Of a DNA stretch of 31,819 nucleotides, positions 8,884 through 17,528 are shown in pieces. The translations under genes were made by a program, and so were the position numbers. The DNA lies in the NCBI GenBank assembly GCA_944381225.1, contig CALWKJ010000001.1, positions 1-31,819 of the forward strand, written 5' to 3'. Origin of the DNA: an uncultured Clostridia bacterium (GTDB taxonomy: Bacteria; Bacillota; Clostridia; Christensenellales; UBA1242). The stretch's first letter is position 1. Each line of letters opens with the position of its first letter. The notes under the pieces are model-generated. The model was not told where the DNA came from, searched no databases, and saw only the letters and a program-made list of their open reading frames with translations.

Positions 8884-9147
8884 TTATTTTGCTGCTTCTA
8901 ATAACTTATACAGCCTTGCTTGCTTTCTTGATGCACAATTTTTGTGAATGACATTTTTGCTAACTGCTGAATCTAAAACAGAAACAACTTCTTTGAGTAA
9001 TTGCGATGCTTTTTCTAAATCTTTCTCAGCTACGGCTGTTTTATATTTTCTGACAACAGTGTTTATTTGTGATTTTACCATTCTGTTTTCTGCATTTTTC
9101 TTTAAATTAACTTTTACTCTTTTCTTTGCTGATTTAATGTTTGGCAC
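8884..9147 (-). CDS. rpsT: 30S ribosomal protein S20
   Basis: GTG start giving MPNIKSAKKRVK...HKNCASRKQARL, 87 aa; AAAGGAG RBS; TTGCAA-17-TAAAAT promoter (9177-9205). Confidence 0.97.
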   Translation of the reverse strand: MPNIKSAKKRVKVNLKKNAENRMVKSQINTVVRKYKTAVAEKDLEKASQLLKEVVSVLDSAVSKNVIHKNCASRKQARLYKLLEAAK

Positions 9148-9344
9148 GATAGTATCTCCTTTATGTAATCTCGTGTATTTTAACACAATTAACTTTTCTT
9201 TGCAAGCGTTTATTTTAAAATTTTCAGTTATTTTGCATTTTTTAATTATATTACCAATTTTATTTTTTGCTATTTACAATTAATTGCTTTGTTTTTTTTG
9301 TAAATTCGTATATACTAATTTAAAATAAGAAAGTAGAGGTAATT

Positions 9345-9968
9345 ATGAAACATTTTAGATTAACTCTTTCGATTATAATGCTAGCTTTAATCTTAATTTT
9401 GTTTAGTTTTGGTGTTTACGCTATTTTAAGACCAAACACAGGTATAGCCAACAATACTGACTTTATCAGTGGCGATGAAAATGTTTTTGTTAGCGTAGAT
9501 TGTTTGTATAACGGTCCAACCTTAACAACTGCAGATGCTACACCTACAAAATCATACGTAATAAACCAAACCGACCCAGATAGTTACAAAGATGGACCAA
9601 TAACTCTTGACAGTTGGAAACTTGGAAGAACTGATTTTACTTCTACACAAACGGTTATATCGTTAACATTTACAATAAAAAATTTAAACACAAAAAACTC
9701 ACTAAATGTTTCTATGACAAACTTGGCATACGACTTTAATCAAAGATTTACAACTACATATAAACAGGCCCCTTCTGTTGAAGAACTAGAACAAGCCGGA
9801 GCATCTGATTGCGAATCAACTTCAGCCAGTGCAGTTTGCCAAGTGCCAACAATAAATATTTTGCCAGGGCAAAGTTGTTGCATAAAATTAATATATGAAT
9901 TAAAAAATTTCAGCAGTAGTTTCTCATTTGAAAACAATGTGCAAGTTTTGTTTGAAAGCTCATTATAA
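9345..9968 (+). CDS. Secreted or anchored beta-rich hypothetical protein
   Basis: 207 aa; N-terminal hydrophobic segment ending FGVYA; alternating beta-strand patterns; several Cys; GAGGT RBS. Confidence 0.75.
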   Translation: MKHFRLTLSIIMLALILILFSFGVYAILRPNTGIANNTDFISGDENVFVSVDCLYNGPTLTTADATPTKSYVINQTDPDSYKDGPITLDSWKLGRTDFTSTQTVISLTFTIKNLNTKNSLNVSMTNLAYDFNQRFTTTYKQAPSVEELEQAGASDCESTSASAVCQVPTINILPGQSCCIKLIYELKNFSSSFSFENNVQVLFESSL

Positions 9969-9972
9969 TAAT

Positions 9973-9998
9973 AAAAATCGGTCTAAAGGCCGATTTTT
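9973..9998. terminator. Bidirectional terminator
   Basis: AAAAATCGGTC-TAAA-GGCCGATTTTT (one G-U pair) between convergent genes. Confidence 0.85.
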
Positions 9999-10947
9999 AA
10001 TTACATAATATAAATTCAATAATGTATATTAGGGCATTATCTAAACTCATTTTTCCATTTTTAACAAAATATTCTATCTCAAATAATTCATATAATATTG
10101 ACTTTAATTTAACAGCGCTAAACTTTTTTGCTTGCTGTTGTAATTTTGTAATTGCATATGGTTTCACCATTAAGGCATTTGCAATTTGCAAATCACTTGA
10201 ATTTTTTGATGCAACACAGAAGAACATTCTTTGAAATGTAACTGAAATTAAATTAAATAGTTGTGAATTTTTATCTGGCGTGCCCATCAATTTGCAAAGT
10301 GTTTCTAAACTTAACTGTGTGTCTTTGTTGGCAAGATGTGTTAATAGGTCAAAAATTATAACCTCATCACTTTGTGCAGTTAAATTTGTTACGTCTTGCA
10401 GTAAAATTTCATCTTTATCATTGCTGTAGCAAACTAGTTTTTGCAATTCTAAGTTTATTCTATTTAAATCCTTTGCGCAATATTCAATCAAAGTATCGCT
10501 TGCCTGTTTTGATATTTTTTTCCCATATGACTCACATAAGTTTATTACGAAAGATATAAGCTCGTAGTCGTTTAATTTCATTTCAACTTTTTCTATGTTC
10601 AAAAAATCAAATACTTTGCTGTTTTGCGTGTCAACAAAAATTAATGTTGTCATAGGGTTGGAATTTAAGACATACGCCTGTAACTTTTTTCTATCTGTTT
10701 CAGATATGCTTTTTACATCTTTAACAACACACATTCTTTTGTTTTGAAAAAAACTTAATTGTTCACAACTTTGAATTATTGCATCACTGGAATAATTTTC
10801 ATCATCAAATTTTGTAATGTCATATTGGCTTTTTATTTGTAAAAAATTTGCAATGTGCTCTACACTTTTTTGTGCCAAAAAACTATCTCCCAAAAAAAGA
10901 TAGACGTTTTTATATTCTTTAAGGCTCAAAAATTGTATATAATTCAT
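9997..10947 (-). CDS. holA: DNA polymerase III delta subunit
   Basis: 316 aa; VYLFLGD, SFFQNKRMCVVKD, ELQKL, IFDL, VKPYAITKL and VKNGKM motifs; directly downstream of comEC as is usual in Firmicutes; AGGAG RBS. Confidence 0.9.
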   Translation of the reverse strand: MNYIQFLSLKEYKNVYLFLGDSFLAQKSVEHIANFLQIKSQYDITKFDDENYSSDAIIQSCEQLSFFQNKRMCVVKDVKSISETDRKKLQAYVLNSNPMTTLIFVDTQNSKVFDFLNIEKVEMKLNDYELISFVINLCESYGKKISKQASDTLIEYCAKDLNRINLELQKLVCYSNDKDEILLQDVTNLTAQSDEVIIFDLLTHLANKDTQLSLETLCKLMGTPDKNSQLFNLISVTFQRMFFCVASKNSSDLQIANALMVKPYAITKLQQQAKKFSAVKLKSILYELFEIEYFVKNGKMSLDNALIYIIEFILCN

Positions 10948-11000
10948 TAAATCTCCTAAGTGAGTATATCACTTATAAAACTTTTTTCAAACATTTTAAA

Positions 11001-12506
11001 TTAAATTACTGATGTTAAAAATGTGCAAAAAAATCCTAACGCCATAATTAAACAAACGCAAATGGTTTTATAATTTTTGTTTAAATTCACATAGTTCGAA
11101 AATGTAAAAATTGAAATATAACTGCTTATTACCAATACATCATTAAAAGCGTATAGTGGCAAATTTGCCCAACTTAAAGAACCAACAAAGTTTGCTAACA
11201 ATGTCACTCCTGCATACATAACTTCTAAAATTTTTAAAAAGAAACTCAAAAATGGTAAAATCATACAAACTGGAACACTTATAAATGTAAGCATAAATGC
11301 AAATTCAAAAAATGGAACGCAAATTAAATTTATTAAAAGCGAAAATACATTGAAATTATTATTATATACAGTTAAAATTGGAATTAAGCCAATTTGGACA
11401 GAGATAACAAGTGAAAGTGAATTTGATATTTTTGGATTTAAATTAAATTTTATTAACTGATTTTTAATTGGTTTTGTCAAGGTGAATATACAAAACACAC
11501 AAGCAAAGCTTAACAAAAAGCCAGCGTCAAAAACATACAATGGTTTAAAAATTAAAATTATAATTGCACACAAGCCCAAACTATTAAGTTTGTCATATTT
11601 TTTACCAACTACAAGCGAAAAATAAAAAATTAAACTCATTATAAGTGCTCTTACTATTGAAGGAGCCCAATCACACAAATATGTAAAAAATAACAATAAT
11701 ATAAATAATAAAAAGAAATTTAACCATTTGTTTGTTTTTAATTTTTTCAAAATATAAGATATAAGCGAAACAATCAAAACAATGTGCATGCCACTAACGG
11801 CTAACAAATGCGCCATGCCACTATCCATATATGCATCATCTATTTCTGGATTTAATGTAGTTTTATCTCCAAACATCACTGTTGTTATTAATCCAGACAT
11901 TTCTTTTGATAAATGTTTTTCCAAAAATTTTGTAAAGTATTGTCTTATTTTTTCATCTAATTTTAAATACCCTTTCCTTACAATGATGTTTTCATAAGTG
12001 GTGTTGCTTTTATATGGAGTGTTATTTTTGTAATAATAACTTTTGTATCCGTCTTGAGTAAAAATTTCAACCTTGTTTAGTTTTCCTTCAAAAAACACTT
12101 CACTGCCCAATTCAATTTCAAACTCTCCACTCACGCTTAAACTTATGTTAAACATCTTTTTGTCGCCGTCTATTTGTATGGAATCAAGAGTTAATATTTT
12201 GTAATTATTTCCATCATAAATTGCACAAACTCTGCCACTTACAAAAACATTGCTTTCGTAATTTTTACCAAAAAACACACTTGTTCCAACAAAAAAGTAA
12301 ACTACTCCAACCAAAAATACAACAATTAGCAAAATAAATCTTTTTATGTTTTTTGTTTTAATAAATAAAATTAACAGACATATAAAACCTGCAAAAACTA
12401 AAACTATATGAGCAAAAGACAAATTAAAAATTTGTCTTGCTAGAATTATTCCAAGCATGAATGATATTGCAGTATAAAAAATAGGCCTAAAATTTATATT
12501 TTTCAC
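11001..12506 (-). CDS. comEC: ComEC/Rec2 competence protein, membrane and OB part only (no metallo-beta-lactamase domain)
   Basis: 501 aa; GMAHLLAVSGMHI, PSIVRALIM, GFLLSFACV, QIGLIP, NLICVP; comEC-holA synteny. Confidence 0.9.
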   Translation of the reverse strand: MKNINFRPIFYTAISFMLGIILARQIFNLSFAHIVLVFAGFICLLILFIKTKNIKRFILLIVVFLVGVVYFFVGTSVFFGKNYESNVFVSGRVCAIYDGNNYKILTLDSIQIDGDKKMFNISLSVSGEFEIELGSEVFFEGKLNKVEIFTQDGYKSYYYKNNTPYKSNTTYENIIVRKGYLKLDEKIRQYFTKFLEKHLSKEMSGLITTVMFGDKTTLNPEIDDAYMDSGMAHLLAVSGMHIVLIVSLISYILKKLKTNKWLNFFLLFILLLFFTYLCDWAPSIVRALIMSLIFYFSLVVGKKYDKLNSLGLCAIIILIFKPLYVFDAGFLLSFACVFCIFTLTKPIKNQLIKFNLNPKISNSLSLVISVQIGLIPILTVYNNNFNVFSLLINLICVPFFEFAFMLTFISVPVCMILPFLSFFLKILEVMYAGVTLLANFVGSLSWANLPLYAFNDVLVISSYISIFTFSNYVNLNKNYKTICVCLIMALGFFCTFLTSVI

Positions 12507-12611
12507 ATAGTCATTAAATCACAAAAAATTTTGTAATTCAACAAAATTTTTAATGTTTTTATATCATTTTTTTATAAAAAATTCTGTTGCCTAAATATTT
12601 TAATTTAAAAC

Positions 12612-12640
12612 TTGCAAATTGTTTATGCGTTTGATATAAT
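12612..12640 (+). promoter_or_regulatory. Sigma-A promoter of tRNA-Glu
   Basis: TTGCAA-17-TGaTATAAT, 9 nt upstream of the tRNA. Confidence 0.85.
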
Positions 12641-12649
12641 ACTAACGAA

Positions 12650-12724
12650 GGCCTTATGGTCAAGAGGTTAAGACGCCGCCCTCTCAAGGCGGAATCACGA
12701 GTTCGATTCTCGTTAAGGCTACCA
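12650..12724 (+). tRNA. tRNA-Glu (anticodon CTC)
   Basis: 75 nt cloverleaf: acceptor GGCCTTA/TAAGGCT, anticodon arm CCGCC-CTCTCAA-GGCGG, T-loop GTTCGATTC, encoded CCA. Confidence 0.97.
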
Positions 12725-12726
12725 AT

Positions 12727-12760
12727 AAAAATCACTTGCAAGTTATGCAAGTGATTTTTT
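12727..12760. terminator. Bidirectional terminator after the tRNA
   Basis: AAAAATCACTTGCA-AGTTA-TGCAAGTGATTTTTT. Confidence 0.92.
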
Positions 12761-12767
12761 TGTTTAT

Positions 12768-13436
12768 TTATTTTTTTAATTCTTCAAGTTCTGTTTTTAA
12801 TTTTTGATTTTCTGCTTTTAATGCTTCATATTCTGTTTTTAAAATTTTTACGTATAATTTGTCATCTATAAAGTTTGTTTGACTTTCCTTTTTTGAACTT
12901 AAAATCCATAAGGCTATTAACAATCCAACTGCAACAACACAAATCACGCTAAAGATTTCGGTCATGGCATCAATTTTAAATAAATCATACCCTCCTATAA
13001 GTAAAGACAACAAGATTTCCAACACAAACAATATAATATAACATATAATTTGCAAAGGCAAAATGCGCTTTTCAAGTTTTGTGCAAAGCGAAATTACAAT
13101 CATAAAAAACGTACTAAACAATGCAATTATAGCAGTTATGGTATTAAAAGCATTATTATTGTCTAAAAGTGGCGAACAAAATATTATTAAAGCAAATAAT
13201 ATAGATACTGTTAAACATGAAATGCTAATAATAGCCAAAAGTTTGTTTCTTTTTAATACACTTAATTCATTAACCATAAAGCCACAGCCTACACACAAAG
13301 TTGCAAATATTAACAAAAACCTAAATGGTACGCCTTTAAATACCTCTAGCCCAAAAATACCAAGAATAAAAAACAAACATGTTATGCCCAATGAAACAAG
13401 CGAAGAAATTAAAAGTGCTTTTTTAATTTTTATCAT
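12768..13436 (-). CDS. Hypothetical ~6-TM membrane protein with C-terminal coiled coil (222 aa)
   Basis: GGAGGAG RBS before ATG 13436; promoter TTGTCA-17-TACCTT (13453-13481); tail EYEALKAENQKLKTELEELKK. Confidence 0.8.
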   Translation of the reverse strand: MIKIKKALLISSLVSLGITCLFFILGIFGLEVFKGVPFRFLLIFATLCVGCGFMVNELSVLKRNKLLAIISISCLTVSILFALIIFCSPLLDNNNAFNTITAIIALFSTFFMIVISLCTKLEKRILPLQIICYIILFVLEILLSLLIGGYDLFKIDAMTEIFSVICVVAVGLLIALWILSSKKESQTNFIDDKLYVKILKTEYEALKAENQKLKTELEELKK

Positions 13437-13646
13437 ATACTCCTCCAAAATTAAGGTAACACTTTTAAACACTTTTGACAAACAATGATTGTAATTTTTT
13501 AGTAAACTCATTCACTTTCTGTTGTTTTATTGATATTATTATCGGTCGCTACATTTTGATTACTTGGTAAATTCATTTTTAAAAAATTATGGATTTTGTG
13601 AATTTATTTCAAAAAAACAGCGTTTTGCTTTTTGAGTATGAAATAT

Positions 13647-13674
13647 AAAAACACGAAGATTTTCGTGTTTTTTA
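13647..13674. terminator. Terminator of the fibre-like gene
   Basis: AAAAACACGAA-GATT-TTCGTGTTTTTTT, at the stop codon of the minus-strand gene. Confidence 0.85.
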
Positions 13675-15351
13675 TTCAATAGTTAAAGAGTTTTTGTCGG
13701 TTAAAATAAAATATGGTCCTTGGTATGCTAAAACATTATCGTCATACAATTCCTCGTATCTTGATACACCCTTAATTGTTTTAACAACATCGCTTAATTC
13801 GTACTTCCCTTCTAAATTTTTCTGTAATTCATATCTGAATGTATCGCAACCTCTACTTATATAAACATATATATTCCCATTGGTTTGCATATACGCAGTT
13901 GCGTTTTTACCTGGTGCTATTTCAACACAGTATGTGCTTTGAATATCTGGAAAAAACACATTCATGTCATCATCTCTCCAGGCAACAAAACCATCAAAGC
14001 TTGTGTATTCGCTTCCTATAAGTAAGTTATTATTTTTTACAAAGCAAACATAAAACCAGTGTCCGTCTAATAATTCATTATTGTATGTTATAGATTTGTT
14101 TAAAGTTCCTCGGCCAACCATGTATATTGTCCCCTGAGTTGATGTTGAAATAAAAACTTCTGATCCATCTCCAATACCTTGTGGCAAAACATCTAAACAC
14201 GTGGCTGAAAATGTCCAATCGGATTCCATTTCAAGTAAATTTTCTGAATTTAAACATATACTTTGAACTTTTTTAGTTTGGTCGCCATACAAAGCTCCAA
14301 AAAGAAAACTACCTTGATATGTTTCGTCATAAGTTAGTATTTGCGTATCTTGTTGCAGTGCAGGAAGTAAAAATAGTCTTTCATATTTTAAATGCAAATT
14401 TTGAAAATTGTATTGTGTTAGATCTGTTACATTTAAAGCCAAATTGTTTTTGTCTTGAACTCCGTATAAAATAAATCCGTTTGCTGTAGGATATGAAATG
14501 TAGTATTTATTGTTAAAACAAATTATTCTCACATTTCTCTCTTCATTAAAAATATAAATATTTTTAGCGATAATTTTTACACTGCATTTGCTTATATGTG
14601 TTGCTGCTGACACCTGTGCTTCAAGCATCACATGGTTAAGTTTTTTTGTTGGATAATAATACACAGGATCAAATTCGTATTTAAAATTTCCACTTTCAAC
14701 AGAATTGTATACGCTTCTTATCATTACATCGTCATTAATATAAATTTTAATAGAATTATATTTATCCCCACTTATAGAACCCTGAATGGTATATTGAATT
14801 TCAATAGGCTGTGTTAGTTCACATGTAAAATAAACACGTGGACTGTAGTATATGGAAGATGTCATAATGCATGGTTCTATGAATGTGTATTCCATAAACT
14901 TTGTTGTTTCTGTTTGTAATGTCGTTGGAGTATCAGTGCCATCACCAGCACTTTCTTCAAGTACTGCAATTCTTGAATCTAAGGCATCAGCTTGCGCTTC
15001 TAAATCTTGTAAAAGCGTTGTCAAATTTTCAATATCTTGTGATAGTTCGCTATGTGCACTGTTGTTTTCCGTTTTCCCAATTTCATAATTTTCCAAATGC
15101 GAATTAAAATTTGAATATAATGAGTTGTAATTTCCTAAAAGTGTTTCATAATTTTGTTTGTGAGTTTCATAATCACTTGTATGTTCATCAAATTGCGTTC
15201 CAAAATCAATTAGTAATTGCTTTATTTCGTCCAAACACAACTTTACTGCCGTAATTTGCGATGTTGTGGTCATTTGCATTGCAATTGCCTTTATTCTTTT
15301 CTCAATTTCTTCTATTTGTGTTTTTATTTTTGAAATTATGCTATCTTCCAT
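13672..15351 (-). CDS. Hypothetical fibre/adhesin-like protein: coiled-coil stalk plus beta-rich head (559 aa)
   Basis: AAGGAG RBS before ATG 15351; promoter TTGAGA-17-TAAAAT (15371-15399); ~130 aa of heptad repeats, a Gly/Thr/Pro linker, then beta-rich domains; no signal peptide. Confidence 0.75.
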   Translation of the reverse strand: MEDSIISKIKTQIEEIEKRIKAIAMQMTTTSQITAVKLCLDEIKQLLIDFGTQFDEHTSDYETHKQNYETLLGNYNSLYSNFNSHLENYEIGKTENNSAHSELSQDIENLTTLLQDLEAQADALDSRIAVLEESAGDGTDTPTTLQTETTKFMEYTFIEPCIMTSSIYYSPRVYFTCELTQPIEIQYTIQGSISGDKYNSIKIYINDDVMIRSVYNSVESGNFKYEFDPVYYYPTKKLNHVMLEAQVSAATHISKCSVKIIAKNIYIFNEERNVRIICFNNKYYISYPTANGFILYGVQDKNNLALNVTDLTQYNFQNLHLKYERLFLLPALQQDTQILTYDETYQGSFLFGALYGDQTKKVQSICLNSENLLEMESDWTFSATCLDVLPQGIGDGSEVFISTSTQGTIYMVGRGTLNKSITYNNELLDGHWFYVCFVKNNNLLIGSEYTSFDGFVAWRDDDMNVFFPDIQSTYCVEIAPGKNATAYMQTNGNIYVYISRGCDTFRYELQKNLEGKYELSDVVKTIKGVSRYEELYDDNVLAYQGPYFILTDKNSLTIE

Positions 15352-15489
15352 TTCATCTCCTTTTTTTATCATTTTAAAAGTGTTTTTTAATATTCTCAAT
15401 CAACTATGACAAAAAATAACTAAAGCTTTTCTTTCAAATATTGATTTTTTTTATTTTTTATGATAGTATTTTTTTAAGGAGAAATGCAT

Positions 15490-16434
15490 ATGTCTGCAAA
15501 ATCATCATTTTTAAATAAAAAATTTCTTATTGCTTTGTTAATTTTGGTGTTACTTACAGGAGCAGGCGTTGGTGCCTATTTTATATTTAGACCAACAGCT
15601 GACCTTTCTGCTCCGTATGAAACAACTTATAATCTTTACCAAAACAAAGAATATAATAAAACTTTAAAATACACTGATTCGTTAATAGATATTTTAAACA
15701 ATTCTGATTTTTCTGAGTTGACCGAGCAACAAATTGAATTAAATGACTTTAAGTTAACCTATCAAATTTATAAAAATGCAATTTACTGTTTTGACAATAT
15801 AGAACAATATCTGTACAAAGATTTAATCTTTACAAAAGATTTTGATAAAAACTTTTATAAAAACGAAAAAACTTTAAAAGACTTTTATAAAAAAATAGAA
15901 AATTCGTCAAATTCTTGTATTGAATATTATGACCTTTATTTGACAAAAGAAAGCATAGAGGGTTATGAATCCACCTTAAATTTTTTTCAAAAAATTGAAA
16001 ATTTCAACAATTTATATAGTGTTTTTTTTAACGATGTAACAAATTATTTTAATTTAGTTGGAGAAATTTATAAAAATTATTTAATTGAAACAATTTCTGC
16101 AAATAAATATTCAAAATACACAATATACACAATTTGCAACTGGACAAAAGGGGTAGTTAGTGCTGCAACAAGTTCAAAAAGCAATGTGCTTGCAAACATT
16201 GTTGAATCATCGAATAATCTTGTTAATTTTGTTAAAAAGCACATAAATTTAATATCAAATAACTATTACAATAACATGGAATTTTATGATTCTCTTTTTA
16301 ATTGCTTTAACTATGTTGATATAACTCAATGTATAAATGCTCTTGTTTTTAATGCTTATGACAGTTTTGTAAACACTTTGCCAAGCGATGTAAAAACATA
16401 TGCTGTCAGCCTTAAAGAAAACTACTTTTTTTAA
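15490..16434 (+). CDS. N-terminally anchored all-alpha extracytoplasmic protein A
   Basis: AAGGAG RBS gives better spacing to ATG 15490; single TM (FLIALLILVLLTGAGVGAYFIF); promoter TTGATT-17-TGaTAGTAT (15441-15469). Confidence 0.8.
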   Translation: MSAKSSFLNKKFLIALLILVLLTGAGVGAYFIFRPTADLSAPYETTYNLYQNKEYNKTLKYTDSLIDILNNSDFSELTEQQIELNDFKLTYQIYKNAIYCFDNIEQYLYKDLIFTKDFDKNFYKNEKTLKDFYKKIENSSNSCIEYYDLYLTKESIEGYESTLNFFQKIENFNNLYSVFFNDVTNYFNLVGEIYKNYLIETISANKYSKYTIYTICNWTKGVVSAATSSKSNVLANIVESSNNLVNFVKKHINLISNNYYNNMEFYDSLFNCFNYVDITQCINALVFNAYDSFVNTLPSDVKTYAVSLKENYFF

Positions 16435-16449
16435 TATTAAGGAGATAAT

Positions 16450-17517
16450 ATGAAAAAATTTTTAAATGTTGTTTTAATTTTAACAATGATACTTGTAAGT
16501 AGTTTTGTTTTTACTTCTTGCAAAGAAAAAGAAGAAGATAAATTTTATGAAACAACTAATCAAAAATTTTCAACTTTTATTCAAACAGTGTGTTTAAACG
16601 AAAAATATTTTAATGGTGTAAAATACGGAAATAACATACAAACTATATTAAATAACATAGAAAATAACAATTATTCAAGTGACAATAAAGACTTATATCA
16701 ATATGAACAATTAAACGAAGTATATGACCAAATATTTGTTGTGTCATTTAAATTTTTATCTCAATTTGATGGAATATTTATTAATGTGCCACAAGAAATT
16801 CCAAAAAATATGAAAAAGAATTATTTATCTTTTGAAAAGTCTTTAGAAAGCGCTTTGACAAAATTAAACGATTTTGATAAAGAAATTGACTATCTAGACC
16901 AACACATTGTTGGAATAGATGAAGACCAAGCAACAAGTATTATTTCATTGCAATTATTAAAAAATTTCAAAAGAGCTTACATCGACATAAGTCAAACATT
17001 TATTGAACTTTCAAATCAATTTTTAAAATTGTGTGAAACATATATATATCCTTCTGTTAACAACTATATTCAAGATGGAAAGTATATAGAATTAACAGAA
17101 ACTCAAATTACAAATCAAAAAACTTTGGCAAATTTAAAAAGTGCAATTTCAATAATAACACCTGCAATAAAATACTTAAATTCATTTAATGGCGAATATG
17201 AAAAAGTAAACAATGAAGTGTTCTTTGAAACACTAAATAATTTATCGAATTTGAATACTAAAATTGAAAATTCTACAAATGTTAAAGAACTCAACTCTTG
17301 GCAACTAACCTATAATGCTTATTGCAATGACCTGAATTTATTTAACAAAAGCTTAGAGAAAGTGAGTATGCAAAGCTTTAAAAAAGATTATAATTATGAC
17401 ATTGATTTATTTACACAAGCCAACATAGAAAATTTGGCATATATAAATAAAATTATTGAGTTTTCATCTCAAAGTATAACAACTTTATTTAACAGTGTTT
17501 ATACTATTTGCAACTAA
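16450..17517 (+). CDS. All-alpha lipoprotein B (diverged paralogue of A)
   Basis: 355 aa; MKK-hydrophobic-FTSC lipobox; AAGGAG RBS. Confidence 0.82.
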   Translation: MKKFLNVVLILTMILVSSFVFTSCKEKEEDKFYETTNQKFSTFIQTVCLNEKYFNGVKYGNNIQTILNNIENNNYSSDNKDLYQYEQLNEVYDQIFVVSFKFLSQFDGIFINVPQEIPKNMKKNYLSFEKSLESALTKLNDFDKEIDYLDQHIVGIDEDQATSIISLQLLKNFKRAYIDISQTFIELSNQFLKLCETYIYPSVNNYIQDGKYIELTETQITNQKTLANLKSAISIITPAIKYLNSFNGEYEKVNNEVFFETLNNLSNLNTKIENSTNVKELNSWQLTYNAYCNDLNLFNKSLEKVSMQSFKKDYNYDIDLFTQANIENLAYINKIIEFSSQSITTLFNSVYTICN

Positions 17518-17528
17518 GGAGAACAATA

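Noticed and set aside
12650-12724. G1-U72 wobble in the tRNA-Glu acceptor stem
   Set aside because: I recall the same pairing in other low-GC tRNA-Glu genes; not distinctive by itself.
14195-14841. Repeated TAAACACGTGG within the fibre gene as parS, or as a DGR template/variable repeat
   Set aside because: Does not fit TGTTTCACGTGAAACA; the copies are in different frames; no reverse transcriptase and no long adenine-mismatched repeat. I found no canonical parS in the window by eye, although the ParB HTH residues look parS-type.
12650-17517. tRNA-anchored genomic island or prophage
   Set aside because: No integrase, no duplicated tRNA 3' end (att) seen, no structural phage genes, and no obvious composition shift.
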